DNA of 64,000 nt from a bacterium (GTDB lineage Bacteria > UBA8248 > JACPRG01 > G963555815): positions 704,001 to 768,000 of the forward strand of contig CBDHDG010000007.1 of assembly GCA_965261595.1 (NCBI GenBank), written 5' to 3'. Of the stretch, positions 29,621 to 39,099 are shown one piece after another. The position numbers and the translations under genes are program-made. The first letter of the stretch is position 1; every line of letters begins with the position of its first letter. The notes beneath the pieces were generated by a model. That model had not been told where the DNA came from. It made no database searches and saw nothing but the letters and a program-made list of their open reading frames with translations.

Positions 29621-29700
29621 GGGTAAGGCCAAGCCATCGGCTTGGCCGCAAAAAGTTTTCGAGGGGGGTCGGGGGGACAGTTTTCAAAATGTCCCCCCGG
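29621..29700. repeat. Double-hairpin intergenic repeat between convergent genes (relatives at 63103-63148 and 63262-63343)
   Basis: GGCCAAGCC-ATC-GGCTTGGCC, AAAGTTTT, GGGGGGACAGTTTTCAAAATGTCCCCCC. Confidence 0.75.
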
Positions 29701-29706
29701 GGACTT

Positions 29707-30450
29707 TCATCCCCCATGCCGCCCTTTAGAAAATGTTTTCGCCGCTTGGAGAAAGGCCTTGAAGAGCGACGCGGCGGCAGCGTCCTTTCGGTACAGAAGC
29801 TCCGGGTGCCACTGTACGCCGACCGCGAAGGGGTGGTGATCGCCCTCGATGGCCTCGATCACATCGTCGCCGGCCCAGGCCGTTGAACGAAAGGACGGGG
29901 CGACCTCCTTGACGGCCTGGTGATGGCTGGTGTTGACCCGGCCCGTAAGGCCCCGGAAGAATCGTGCGAGCTTCGATCCTTTCAGGATCGAGACCCCGTG
30001 CCGGACGGACCGGGGCGCGCGGTGCCGCAACGCGCCCGGCGCCTGGGCGGCCAAATCCTGGAACAGCGTTCCCCCGGCCACAACGTTCAGGGCCTGGCAG
30101 CCTCCGCAGATCCCCAGGATGGGAGCGCCTTCATTCAGGGCGCGCCGGATCAGGTCGAGTTCGAAGCGGGTCCGGACAGGGCTCAGTGGGCCGAGTTTCG
30201 GGTGGGGGCGCTCACCGTAGTGCCGGGGATCGACGTCGATTCCTCCCCCCGAAACCAGGAGACCGTCCAGGATGTCGAGCGTTTCGTCCGCGCAGGGCCC
30301 GGTGGGGAGCGCGGGGAGGAGGATCGGCACGCCTCCCAGGTCGGAAATCGCGGCCGCGTAGTCCTCCCGCAGGAGCGAGAAGGGCCCGCCCTTTTTTTGA
30401 ACGTCCCGGTCGCAGGTGATTCCGATGCGCGGCAAGGACCTCATGACCAT
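29707..30450 (-). CDS. Peptidase C26 / gamma-glutamyl-GABA hydrolase family
   Basis: DGLLVSGG..DVDP..YG, PILGIC.G.Q.LNV..GG.L.QD, VN..HHQAV, GVQWHPE. Confidence 0.93.
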   Translation of the reverse strand: MVMRSLPRIGITCDRDVQKKGGPFSLLREDYAAAISDLGGVPILLPALPTGPCADETLDILDGLLVSGGGIDVDPRHYGERPHPKLGPLSPVRTRFELDLIRRALNEGAPILGICGGCQALNVVAGGTLFQDLAAQAPGALRHRAPRSVRHGVSILKGSKLARFFRGLTGRVNTSHHQAVKEVAPSFRSTAWAGDDVIEAIEGDHHPFAVGVQWHPELLYRKDAAAASLFKAFLQAAKTFSKGRHGG

Positions 30451-30519
30451 CGCGTCCCTTGTGGCGGCCCGCCGCGCTCCGCTCAGAAGAATTCGCGGCG
30501 TCCCAGATTCAATCCTTCT

Positions 30520-30798
30520 TCAATCCGTTCCCAGCAATTCCCGGACGGCCGGGGGCAGGAAGATCTCTTCCAGGTCCAGCCCCTTCATGGCCGAGCCCAG
30601 GGCGCGTAGCCTTTCCGCCGGGTTCAGCGCGCGGTCGACGAGGATCAGCTCGCGCCCATCGAGGCGGCACCGCCCGGAGGCCGGTCGGAGTTCATCGGCG
30701 GTGAAGTCGGCGTAACGGATCTCGACGCCCAGCTTCCCGCAGGCCTCTTCCAGCGCTTGCAGGGCCAAATCCGGGTCCGCCTTCGGTCGGTTCCCCAT
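30520..30798 (-). CDS. Conserved hypothetical protein
   Basis: LEE...KLGVEIRY...SG.CRL.G...I.VD..L...E...IFLPPAVRELL; this is the C-terminal part of the long ORF-track ORF. Confidence 0.75.
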   Translation of the reverse strand: MGNRPKADPDLALQALEEACGKLGVEIRYADFTADELRPASGRCRLDGRELILVDRALNPAERLRALGSAMKGLDLEEIFLPPAVRELLGTD

Positions 30799-30845
30799 GC
30801 CCGCCGTGTTCTCCCCCCCCCCCCCCCGCGTCGGCGCGCGCGCTC

Positions 30846-32819
30846 TCAGCCCGCCGCGATTTCCCGCCCGCCCGGCTTGGGCGCGGACGATTTCGGTCGC
30901 TCGCCGTACAGCCGCCAGCCGTAGCTGTCGGTGGGGGAGATGTCCACGTTGACCAGGTCCCCCCGCTCGTTCCAGCGTTCCAGGTCCCGCCGGTCGAAAT
31001 ACGTCCTCACCGGCGCGGAGAGCCGGTCGAACCAGTCGGAGTAATTCGCCCAGAACGGGTACCGGTCGTACAACCGGATGCGGGGCCGCACCTTCTTCTG
31101 GACGAGGGGGATCCGCCGGAGGACCTTGATGGGCAGGAAAAAGAACGTTAAGACGAAGGTGGAATAATCGACGCAGGCGCACAGGAAGCAGATCTTCTTC
31201 AGGGTGAAGAAGGGCAGGCGGAGCGTGACAAACCGGAACGCCTCGACGATCCGGTTTGTCAGGCGGCGCTTCCTGCTGTACACCCAGACGATCACCGACC
31301 CGCCCGGTTTCACGAATTCCAGCAGAGAGCGGAATCCCCGCTCCGGCTCCGGCAGGTTCTGAAGGGCGCCCAGCGTGTAGACGAAATCGAACGATTCCCG
31401 CTTGAAGGGCATGCGGAACAGGTCGCCCTTGACCAGGGAGACATTGGACTGGTCCCGCTGGCTTTCCCGGGCCGAGAAGATCAGGTTGCTGAAGTCCATC
31501 CCCACCATCCGGCGGGGCCTGTAGCGCGACGCGAAATACAGGTGGCGGCCGTACCCGCACGAGGCGTCCAGGCCGCCCTTGTCCTGAAAAAACTCCGGTT
31601 CCACGGGGTGGATGAAATTCAAAAAGTGCGCCTCGTCGGCGGGACCCAGGTTTCGGAACTGGCTCCATTTGAAATCCAGGGTGCGCTGCGTCGCCCGCTG
31701 GAGCCGCTGGAACCGCTCGGCGTCCTTGCGAAGAGGGCGGGAGGAGGCGGTCTCGAGGATGGTGAAAAACCCCTCCTCGTTCGCCCGGACCGAGTAGCTT
31801 TTCTCAATCGTCATCCGCCCTTGCCGCCCCATGCGCTCGCGCAGGTCCGGGTCTTCCAACAGATTCCGAAGGCGGTCGATCCACTCCCGCGTCGAACCCG
31901 CCAGGAATCCGTTCACGCCCTCCTGGATGATCGTCGTGTTCACGCCGACCGGCGAGCACACCACTGGGGTTCCCACGCTCATATAAAAAAGGGCCTTGAA
32001 GCCGCACTTGTAACGCTCCCAGACGTCGTCCTTCAGCGGCATCACCCCGATGTCGAAGGCCTGGAGCGACTCCTGTTCTCCATCCAGCCGCCAAGGGATG
32101 TTCCGGACCCGGTCCTCGTAGCCGGCGAGCTTGTAGGGTCCCCCGACGACGTGGATCTCCAGGGAGGGAAACTCGTCCAGCAGCTCCCGGAAGGTGTCGT
32201 CCAGATAGCCCAGGTATTGGGAGGTCGAGTGGCTTCCAATCCAACCGATGACCAAGCCGTCCCGTGTTTTTTCCCCGCCGTCGGGTTGGTAAGTTTCCGT
32301 GTCCACGGGCGTGGGGAGGATGTGAACGTTCGGGTTGAGCCGGCGGGCGTATTCGGCGAGGGACTCGTTTCCGGCGATGACCTCCGTGCTCCAGCGGAGG
32401 ATCTCCTTCACCTGCTTGGACTGGCCGAGCAGCGAGGAAACATCCCCCAGAACGCCGCCCGGGGCCCCGGCGAGAAATACGGCGTCGTCGAAATCATAGA
32501 TGATCGGGCGCCGGATGCGGCGGATCAGGTAACCGGCGAACGGAAACCAGAGTGGAAAGACCCGTCTGTGAATCACAACCAGGTCGTAGCGGTTCGCCCG
32601 CAACAGGACGGCCAGACGCCGCGCGAACGAGCCGATCAGGCGAAGGAGCTTTTCGAGAAGAGATCCCTGGCGGTACAGGATGGAGTAAAGCCGCGTAGAC
32701 ATGAACGGCCGGACATCCGCCTCCAGGCCGCGCCGCTTCAGGTGGGGCAAGTACTGCTCGATCCGCAGCCGGTTGCTGGCGCCCTCGGTCGGGTAAGGGA
32801 CGAGGTAAAGAACCCTCAC
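30846..32819 (-). CDS. GT4 glycosyltransferase fused to a C-terminal class I methyltransferase
   Basis: GT4: IIYDFDDA, IGWIGS, DIGVMPL, KCGFK..YM..G.PVVCSPVGVN. MTase: LDASCGYGRH, FDFVY..G.L, VKPGG..IVWVY, WFDRLSAP. Confidence 0.88.
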   Translation of the reverse strand: MRVLYLVPYPTEGASNRLRIEQYLPHLKRRGLEADVRPFMSTRLYSILYRQGSLLEKLLRLIGSFARRLAVLLRANRYDLVVIHRRVFPLWFPFAGYLIRRIRRPIIYDFDDAVFLAGAPGGVLGDVSSLLGQSKQVKEILRWSTEVIAGNESLAEYARRLNPNVHILPTPVDTETYQPDGGEKTRDGLVIGWIGSHSTSQYLGYLDDTFRELLDEFPSLEIHVVGGPYKLAGYEDRVRNIPWRLDGEQESLQAFDIGVMPLKDDVWERYKCGFKALFYMSVGTPVVCSPVGVNTTIIQEGVNGFLAGSTREWIDRLRNLLEDPDLRERMGRQGRMTIEKSYSVRANEEGFFTILETASSRPLRKDAERFQRLQRATQRTLDFKWSQFRNLGPADEAHFLNFIHPVEPEFFQDKGGLDASCGYGRHLYFASRYRPRRMVGMDFSNLIFSARESQRDQSNVSLVKGDLFRMPFKRESFDFVYTLGALQNLPEPERGFRSLLEFVKPGGSVIVWVYSRKRRLTNRIVEAFRFVTLRLPFFTLKKICFLCACVDYSTFVLTFFFLPIKVLRRIPLVQKKVRPRIRLYDRYPFWANYSDWFDRLSAPVRTYFDRRDLERWNERGDLVNVDISPTDSYGWRLYGERPKSSAPKPGGREIAAG

Positions 32820-32884
32820 GCCTCATGAACTCCTATGCAATCAGAATCCAGCCCTTATATCACAGCCCCGATCGAACCGCCAAT

Positions 32885-32987
32885 GGGCGCTTGCGCGCCG
32901 GCCAAGCGGGGCACTTGCGTGCCGGCCAAGTTGCGGATGGAGGGGGTGTGCTTATGACAACCTCATCTTGCGCACGGTGGTCCGATT
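32885..32987. repeat. Dispersed repeat, copy 2, with an internal duplication
   Basis: CTTGCGYGCCGGCCAAG occurs twice, then GGAGGGGGTGTGCTTATGACAACC. Confidence 0.75.
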
Positions 32988-33027
32988 ATCTGACAAGTCA
33001 GGGGCGCGTAACGTCAAAAAACGTCAA

Positions 33028-33126
33028 AGGGGTCAAGTCTTTTGTTAATAGACAGGGGAAAAAATTACCTTTACCCGCGTTTTGAACTTTCCCAACAAGA
33101 ATTAGCCAACAAAAGATTTGACCCCT
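33028..33126. mobile_element. Mini-element bounded by GGGGTCAA-type 19-bp inverted repeats
   Basis: AGGGGTCAAGTCTTTTGTT / AACAAAAGATTTGACCCCT (1 mismatch); related half-sites near 12185-12197 and 12245-12257. Confidence 0.75.
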
Positions 33127-33166
33127 TTCCCCCGCTCTAGGGTTTTGTTGGACACTCGATTGATCC

Positions 33167-33580
33167 ATGATTCATGGAGAAAGGGGTGTCGCGATGAACG
33201 AACAAAAGCAAGAGGGGGCTTTGGCGGAGGGCGCCCGCAGGGCGAACGGAGCCAAGGCCCCAGGGCATCGCAGTGAGCGGGGTCGGTTCTCCTGCCAGCG
33301 CAAGCGGGAGGCGGTCCTGCGTCTTTTGCGGGGCGAGAGCCTGGAGACGCTCTGCCGCGAGTTGGGCACGACAGCGGCTCGGCTTTCCGCCTGGCGCGAG
33401 GCGTTCCTTCGCGGGGGCGAGGCGGCGCTCAAAGCTCGCCCGGCGGATGAGCGGGCCGAGGAGAACGCCCGGCTCAAGGCCAAGGTGGGCGAACTCACGA
33501 TGGAGGGCGAGGTCCTGCGGGAGAAGATCGACCGCCTGGAGGCCGGCCGCCCTTTAGCCGGCAGGAGGTGGAGGCGATGA
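33167..33580 (+). CDS. IS3-family OrfA (HTH)
   Basis: RFS..RKREAVLRLLRGE.LE.L.RELG, LKAKVGELTME. Confidence 0.88.
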   Translation: MIHGERGVAMNEQKQEGALAEGARRANGAKAPGHRSERGRFSCQRKREAVLRLLRGESLETLCRELGTTAARLSAWREAFLRGGEAALKARPADERAEENARLKAKVGELTMEGEVLREKIDRLEAGRPLAGRRWRR

Positions 33581-34485
33581 GTCAGGCCCGCTTCACCTCC
33601 ACGGGCAGAGCCTACGGCCTGAAGCGGGTGTGCGCCCTTTGGGGCTTGGCGCGCTCCACGGTCTACGCGCAACGGCGGCGAGAGGCGGTCCCCGTTCATG
33701 AACGCCCCACGCCCAATAAGCGCGGCCCTGTGGGCCCGTGCACCGATGCGGAACTCCTCGGTCACATCCGGCAGGTCCTGGAGGACTCTCCCTTCCATGG
33801 CGAGGGCTACCGCAAGGTGTGGGCGAGGCTGCGCTTCGCGGGCATCCGCACCAGCAAGGAGCGGGTGCGTCGCCTGATGCGGGAGGCGGGGCTTCAGGCC
33901 CCCCACCGGGTGGGCAAACCCCGAGGTCCCAAGGCCCACAACGGGACCATCCGCACCGAGCGGCCCGACCGAATGTGGGGCACGGACATGACGACGACGG
34001 TGACCACCGAGGAGTGGATGGCCTCGGTGTTCGTGGCGGTGGATCACTGTTCGGTGGACTGCGTGGGGATCCATGCGGCCAAGAGCGGCAACCGCTTCGA
34101 GGCCATGGAGCCGATCCGGCAGGGGGTCGCCGAGCGCTTCGCCGGCTTGGAGGCGGACGTCGCCGAGGGGCTTAAAGTTCGTCACGACCACGGCCCCGCC
34201 TATCTGTCCGATGACTTTCAGCGGGAGATCGCCTACCTGGGCATGACCAGTTCGCCCAGCTTCGTGCGGGCGCCCGAGGGAAATGGCTACTGTGAGTGGT
34301 TCATCCGCATCTTGAAGGAGAATCTCCTGTGGGTGCGCTCTTTCGCCACCGTAGAGGAACTGCGGTGGGCGTTGCTTGAGTTCAAGAACCTGTATAACCA
34401 TCATTGGATTCTCGAGGGCTACGGCTACCGAACGCCGGCCCAGGCAAGGCAGGAAAAACTCGCTCAAGTTGCGGAGGCCGCATGA
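33568..34485 (+). CDS. IS3-family transposase OrfB
   Basis: Near-identical to 9396-10313. Confidence 0.92.
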   Translation: MEAMSQARFTSTGRAYGLKRVCALWGLARSTVYAQRRREAVPVHERPTPNKRGPVGPCTDAELLGHIRQVLEDSPFHGEGYRKVWARLRFAGIRTSKERVRRLMREAGLQAPHRVGKPRGPKAHNGTIRTERPDRMWGTDMTTTVTTEEWMASVFVAVDHCSVDCVGIHAAKSGNRFEAMEPIRQGVAERFAGLEADVAEGLKVRHDHGPAYLSDDFQREIAYLGMTSSPSFVRAPEGNGYCEWFIRILKENLLWVRSFATVEELRWALLEFKNLYNHHWILEGYGYRTPAQARQEKLAQVAEAA

Positions 34486-34662
34486 GGTCGAATACCCTCA
34501 CCCGAGTGTCCAATAACCCAGGGGCGGTCCACTCCCTGTCCCAATCCAATGAATTTTTCATGCCGGCAGGTGCAATCCATATAACGAAATTAATACGAAA
34601 TAAATCTCTCGGCAACCATTTTTTTGATCTGAGTGAAGGGGCGGGACCTCATGATCGGATTT

Positions 34663-34715
34663 AATCGGGGGACACCAGACCTAATCCTGAAATTAAGTAT
34701 GGTGTCCCCGTAATT
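34663..34715. mobile_element. Minimal element consisting only of two inverted GGGGACAC-type terminal repeats
   Basis: GGGGACACCAGACCTAAT-CCTGA-AATTAAGTATGGTGTCCCCGTAATT. Confidence 0.75.
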
Positions 34716-35087
34716 CGCCCCCGGCGCCAGCCAACGGAAGCAGTGTTCCCATACCTTATCCAATTCCGCAAGAAATTCTTCGTAGTCTGCAATCGCACCC
34801 AACTGGCCCTCGGAATGATGATAATCCTTCAGTGTCCAATAGGGGGGGGAAGTCAGAATCAGGTGGACGCTACGAGGTTCAAGCATGAACAATTCGCGGG
34901 CGTCGTGAAGGTGCAGGTCGTGGCGGGTGGGAATTCCACGAAGGGTGGCCTCGATAAGCGCCATGAGCCTGCAGTCTTTAGCAATCCGGGGCAACGCTGT
35001 CTGCAGGGACTCAATCTCGCGCAATTCATCCGGGAGGAACTGGGCAACGTCTTCTTTTGCCGAAGAATCGGCCATCAGCCTGCCCAT
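34716..35087 (-). pseudogene. N-terminal fragment of an N4/N6 DNA methyltransferase
   Basis: SVHLILTSPPYW.LK.Y...LDKVW..CFR.L.PG, then the frame runs into the repeat at 34715. Confidence 0.85.
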
Positions 35088-35164
35088 CCGTGTTTAATCA
35101 AAATTCGTTGGTTGAACTCCATAACCTCAGCCTATCACAAACCCGCGTGTCGCTCGCCCATCGA

Positions 35165-36028
35165 TCATTGGTCACACCTCGGTTCTCCTGTGTCCGATGA
35201 TTGTTCTCCCGGCGAGCAGTGCACCCAGCTCAGGTCCGCCTGCCGGAAAAATCCGAGGTCCTCGAACAGCCGCTCCGAGGCGTGGTTGCCCTCGACGATG
35301 AAGCAATAAGGCGCGCGGCCGGCGCGAAACCGCTTTTCCACCAGGGCGGACACGACGGCCCTCGCATAGCCCTTCCGCCGGTGAGCCTCCAGCGTGTGGA
35401 CCATCCCGATGGACCCGTCGTAATGGACCAGCGCCCATGCCGCCGGGACGCCCTCGACGCGGACGCATGCCGTGGGGGCGCCATCGATCCGGCTGAGGGG
35501 ATATTCCTCGCCGTCTCCATAGTTCCAGTGGCGGGCGACGAGGGCCGCGTCCTCCCGCCGGAGGGGCTCCACAAGACAGGCGTCGGGACCGGCGGCCCGA
35601 AACGGCCGAAACGCCGCGTGCTCCAACCGGTACATGCCGCAGGGATGTTCGGACACCTCATTCGTCCTGACTTTGAGGAGGGGGAGAAACCTGTGATCCA
35701 GCCCGGAGAACCGGACCTCCCGGCACCAATCAATGCCCTCCAGAAGCCGTTCCGCCGCCTCCTCGTCCGCCGCGAATAACGAGAAGGCCCGGCGGCCCCA
35801 GCACAAAGCCGCCCGGGGGCGGGGCCAGCGCTCCGTCCACCACTGACCGAAGTCCCCGCCCTCTTCCTCGAGTTGGCCGATGAATTTCACGCTCGCGGGC
35901 CAGTACTCCCGCAAGCAGGCATGCATCGCCCCTCCCTCCCCCGGGGTCACCCGGTGAAGGCCCGTCACCCCCGTTTCAGACGCTACGTCGGACGGCACGG
36001 CCTTGACGCTCCCTTTTCCTCGTTCCAT
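35165..36028 (-). CDS. GNAT-family acetyltransferase (start uncertain, possibly 35926)
   Basis: IGMVHTLEAHRRKGYA, N.AS..LFE.LGF. Confidence 0.85.
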   Translation of the reverse strand: MERGKGSVKAVPSDVASETGVTGLHRVTPGEGGAMHACLREYWPASVKFIGQLEEEGGDFGQWWTERWPRPRAALCWGRRAFSLFAADEEAAERLLEGIDWCREVRFSGLDHRFLPLLKVRTNEVSEHPCGMYRLEHAAFRPFRAAGPDACLVEPLRREDAALVARHWNYGDGEEYPLSRIDGAPTACVRVEGVPAAWALVHYDGSIGMVHTLEAHRRKGYARAVVSALVEKRFRAGRAPYCFIVEGNHASERLFEDLGFFRQADLSWVHCSPGEQSSDTGEPRCDQ

Positions 36029-36038
36029 GCGGCCTTCG

Positions 36039-36848
36039 TTACGTGCCGACGCGCACGGGGTCCACTATGCCGCGTATTGTCGCCAACACGGACAGACCGA
36101 CCAGGTGGCTCGTTTTGGGGTTGTCCGGCGACAGGACGTTCTCGGTCCGGGTGACGAAGCGGCCGAATTCCCCTTCCACCTCGATCTCGTTGACTGTCCG
36201 GTCGGCCGCCGGGTCGACGACGACCCGGGCGATCGTCCGGTCCGGCCCGACGCCGGCCAGGCTCAGCGCGCAGGAGATGTTCACGTTGGCCGGAAACTTC
36301 GTGATGGCCTCGCGGGCCGGCCCCTCGAAAAGGACGCGGGGGGTGTCCAGGCTGTCCAGGTCGATCCCCTGCCGCAGGACCTCCGGGTCGCCTTGAAAAG
36401 ACTTGCTGGATTTCGTGCACGTGAGCACGACCCGATCGATCCGCCCCACCGCCGCGGATTTCACGCTGTCCAGTCCGACAATCGCCCCGGAGGGGACGTG
36501 GATCTTCCGGCGCCGCTCGCGCGCCAGGTCGATGAGCTCCGGATGGTTGATCAACGCGCCGACCGTCAAGACCATGATGTCCCGGTCCGCGCGGAGGATC
36601 TCCTCGATAACGTCCCGGGCCGATTCCGGCGAGACCGCCTCGACGATCAGATCGGAGACGGCCGGCAGGTCCGGCAGGTCCAAAACGGGCGGGGAGGCGT
36701 CCAGCTCGGCGGAAAGGGCCGCCGCGCGTTCCCGCGTCCTCGAGACCAGCCCCGTCACACGGGCGGGAAAATCGTCCCGGTCCACCCCTTTGGCCACTTC
36801 GCGGCCAATCGCGCCGCACCCGACAAGACCGATTCGAAGGTCGTTCAT
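36039..36848 (-). CDS. nadX: L-aspartate dehydrogenase
   Basis: IGLVGCGAIG, PSGAIVGLD, FEG.AREA...FPANVN, SPDNPKTS.L. Confidence 0.92.
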   Translation of the reverse strand: MNDLRIGLVGCGAIGREVAKGVDRDDFPARVTGLVSRTRERAAALSAELDASPPVLDLPDLPAVSDLIVEAVSPESARDVIEEILRADRDIMVLTVGALINHPELIDLARERRRKIHVPSGAIVGLDSVKSAAVGRIDRVVLTCTKSSKSFQGDPEVLRQGIDLDSLDTPRVLFEGPAREAITKFPANVNISCALSLAGVGPDRTIARVVVDPAADRTVNEIEVEGEFGRFVTRTENVLSPDNPKTSHLVGLSVLATIRGIVDPVRVGT

Positions 36849-36917
36849 CCAACACCTCGCGGGATTTTCGGAACCCTCCGGGGTGAGCGATCCCGAGACC
36901 TGAAATCGGACAATCGC

Positions 36918-38315
36918 TTACTCGGATTCCACGGTGACAAAAGTCGTCCTCGAGCCGCGCTGAATGAGAAGCATCTGGGAGGACCGGCCTGGAAACAGGG
37001 CCTTCCGGTACTCCTCCACGCTCTTCACGGGCTTGCGGTTGACCTCGATGATCACGTCCCCCTTCCGAAGCCCGGCCCGGGCCCCGTGGGCGGCGCCGGC
37101 GACGTCCGTGATGAGGACCCCCCGGCTCGCCGCAACGCCCGACTTGAGCGCAAGCGCCTGGGTCAGCGTCCTTACGGATAGGCCCAGTCCGGGGTCCGGC
37201 CGCAGGTCAGGAGTCACCCGTCTGCCGCCGGACGCCTCCGCCAAGACCACGGTGAGGCCGATTTCCTTCTTGTTCCTGACGAGGCGGATCTGAACCTTTT
37301 GGCCCACCCGGGAACCGGCGACCCCCAGCGGCAAATCGTGGGCATCCACGACCGGGGTTCCGCCGAAGGAGAGGATCACGTCTCCCCGCCGGAGGCCGGC
37401 CGCTTCCGCGGGACTGTCGCCGACCACGGCGGAAAGCAGCGCGCCCTCGGGCTTGCGCAGCCCGAGCAGGCGGATCATCGACGCCGCCACGTTCTGCACC
37501 TCGACGCCCAGATAGGGCCGAACCACCCGCCGGTGGACCTTCAAGTCCTCAACGACCCGCCGGACCCACTTGATGGGAATCGAGAAGCCGATCCCCTGGC
37601 TGCCCCGGCGGATGGCTGTATTGACGCCCACCACCTCCCCCCCCAGGTTGAAAAGGGGCCCGCCGGAGTTCCCCGGGTTGATGGAGGCGTCCGTCTGGAT
37701 GAAATCGTCGAACGTCCCCGCGCCGATGACCCTCCCCTTGGCGCTGACGATGCCGGCGGTGACGGTGTGACCCAGGCCGAAGGGGTTGCCGATGGCCAGG
37801 ACCCATTCCCCCACCTTGAGTTTTTCCGAGTCGCCCAACGCGGCGGCGGGGAGCATGCGGTCCGGCTTGACCTTGAGCAGGGCCAGGTCGGTCCTCCGGT
37901 CAATCCCGACGATCACGGCTTTCAGAACGGTGCGATCCCACAGGCGGACCTGAATCGCGACGGCCTTGCGAATGACGTGCTCGTTGGTCACGACGTAACC
38001 GTCGCCGGTCAGGATGAAACCCGAGCCGCGCGAAAACCGCCGGATGGACGGGGCCGCCCGGTCGGTTTTCTTGCCGCGCAGGAAACGCTCGGAGAATCTC
38101 TCCGGCGCCGTCCGCCTGACGGGCAGGGTCTGCACCCGGACGGCGTAGATGCTGACCACGGTCCGTTTCAACCTGTCGGCCAACTCCACAAACGAAGGAA
38201 CGGCGGAGGGTTGGGCGAAACCGGGGCGCGCCGGCAAGGCCAAGGCGCCTACCCCGAGGGCCAGCGCCAAAATCATCCCTTTTGAGCAAACGTCCGATCT
38301 TGATACGGAAGCCAT
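36918..38315 (-). CDS. Do/DegQ family serine endoprotease with two PDZ domains
   Basis: GSGFI, VTNEHV, DLALLK, IQTDASINPGNSGGPL; ATG at 38315 follows GGGAGG. Confidence 0.95.
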   Translation of the reverse strand: MASVSRSDVCSKGMILALALGVGALALPARPGFAQPSAVPSFVELADRLKRTVVSIYAVRVQTLPVRRTAPERFSERFLRGKKTDRAAPSIRRFSRGSGFILTGDGYVVTNEHVIRKAVAIQVRLWDRTVLKAVIVGIDRRTDLALLKVKPDRMLPAAALGDSEKLKVGEWVLAIGNPFGLGHTVTAGIVSAKGRVIGAGTFDDFIQTDASINPGNSGGPLFNLGGEVVGVNTAIRRGSQGIGFSIPIKWVRRVVEDLKVHRRVVRPYLGVEVQNVAASMIRLLGLRKPEGALLSAVVGDSPAEAAGLRRGDVILSFGGTPVVDAHDLPLGVAGSRVGQKVQIRLVRNKKEIGLTVVLAEASGGRRVTPDLRPDPGLGLSVRTLTQALALKSGVAASRGVLITDVAGAAHGARAGLRKGDVIIEVNRKPVKSVEEYRKALFPGRSSQMLLIQRGSRTTFVTVESE

Positions 38316-38586
38316 TTCTTTCGCCTCCCAAAGCGGAGCCCCCCGGCGGACCGCGGGAACGGCTGGGTCCGGAAATCTGTCTTGAGCGATGAGCGACCCA
38401 TTGATCATATGTACCGCACCGGACAAATCAAGCCGAGGTTGCCGGACGGACGCGTGCTGGGTTAGACTTTCGGAAGAGGTTCCCGCCTGCCCTGCCAATT
38501 GTTCCGGAACCTTGGCCCCCCGCGTTCCATCGGGGGAACCTTTCACCGACAGAGGACGCGGCGTTATCGAATCCGCATCGACCGGC

Positions 38587-39099
38587 TTGATCCTCGGCAT
38601 CGATCCGGGCCTTTCGGTCACGGGATACGGTCTGATCCGCCCGAAGCCGTTCCGCCCGTCCGCCCCCTCGGGGGCCGAGTTCGTCGAGGCCGGCGTGATC
38701 CGGACCTTGGACGCCGATCCCCTGTACAGACGCCTGTTGGAGATCCAGCGGGGCGTCGAGGAGGTCCTGTCCGAGTATTCCCCGATCGCCCTGGCGGTCG
38801 AGGCCCTTTATTCGCATTACGCCCATCCCCGGACGGCGATCCTCATGGGCCACGCCCGGGGGGTGATCTGCTGCGCGGCCGCCGCCCGGGACATTCCGGT
38901 TCTGGACTACGCCGCGACCTACATCAAGCGGTCCCTGACCGGAAACGGCCGGGCGCCGAAGGATCAGGTCCAGCGGGCCGTCGCCTTTTTCCTCGGATTG
39001 CCCTCCGCGCCGGAGCCGCCCGACGCCGCCGACGCCCTCGCCATCGCCCTCACCCATCTCGAGGACCGATCGAGGGAAGCCGCCCTCAACCCGTCATGA
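38587..39099 (+). CDS. ruvC: Holliday junction resolvase (start approximate)
   Basis: ILGIDPGL..TGYG, AVE, G.ARG, TGNGRA.K.QV, DAADALAIA. Confidence 0.95.
   Translation: MILGIDPGLSVTGYGLIRPKPFRPSAPSGAEFVEAGVIRTLDADPLYRRLLEIQRGVEEVLSEYSPIALAVEALYSHYAHPRTAILMGHARGVICCAAAARDIPVLDYAATYIKRSLTGNGRAPKDQVQRAVAFFLGLPSAPEPPDAADALAIALTHLEDRSREAALNPS

Larger units (their letters stand above)
33127..34531 (+). mobile_element. IS3-family insertion sequence, copy 2
   Basis: Same ends as copy 1 in the opposite orientation; orfA intact; no 3-bp TSD (only CT on both sides). Confidence 0.92.

Noticed and set aside
34590..34715. C-terminal part of the 165-aa methyltransferase ORF
   Set aside because: Read-through into repeat and intergenic DNA, not methyltransferase sequence.
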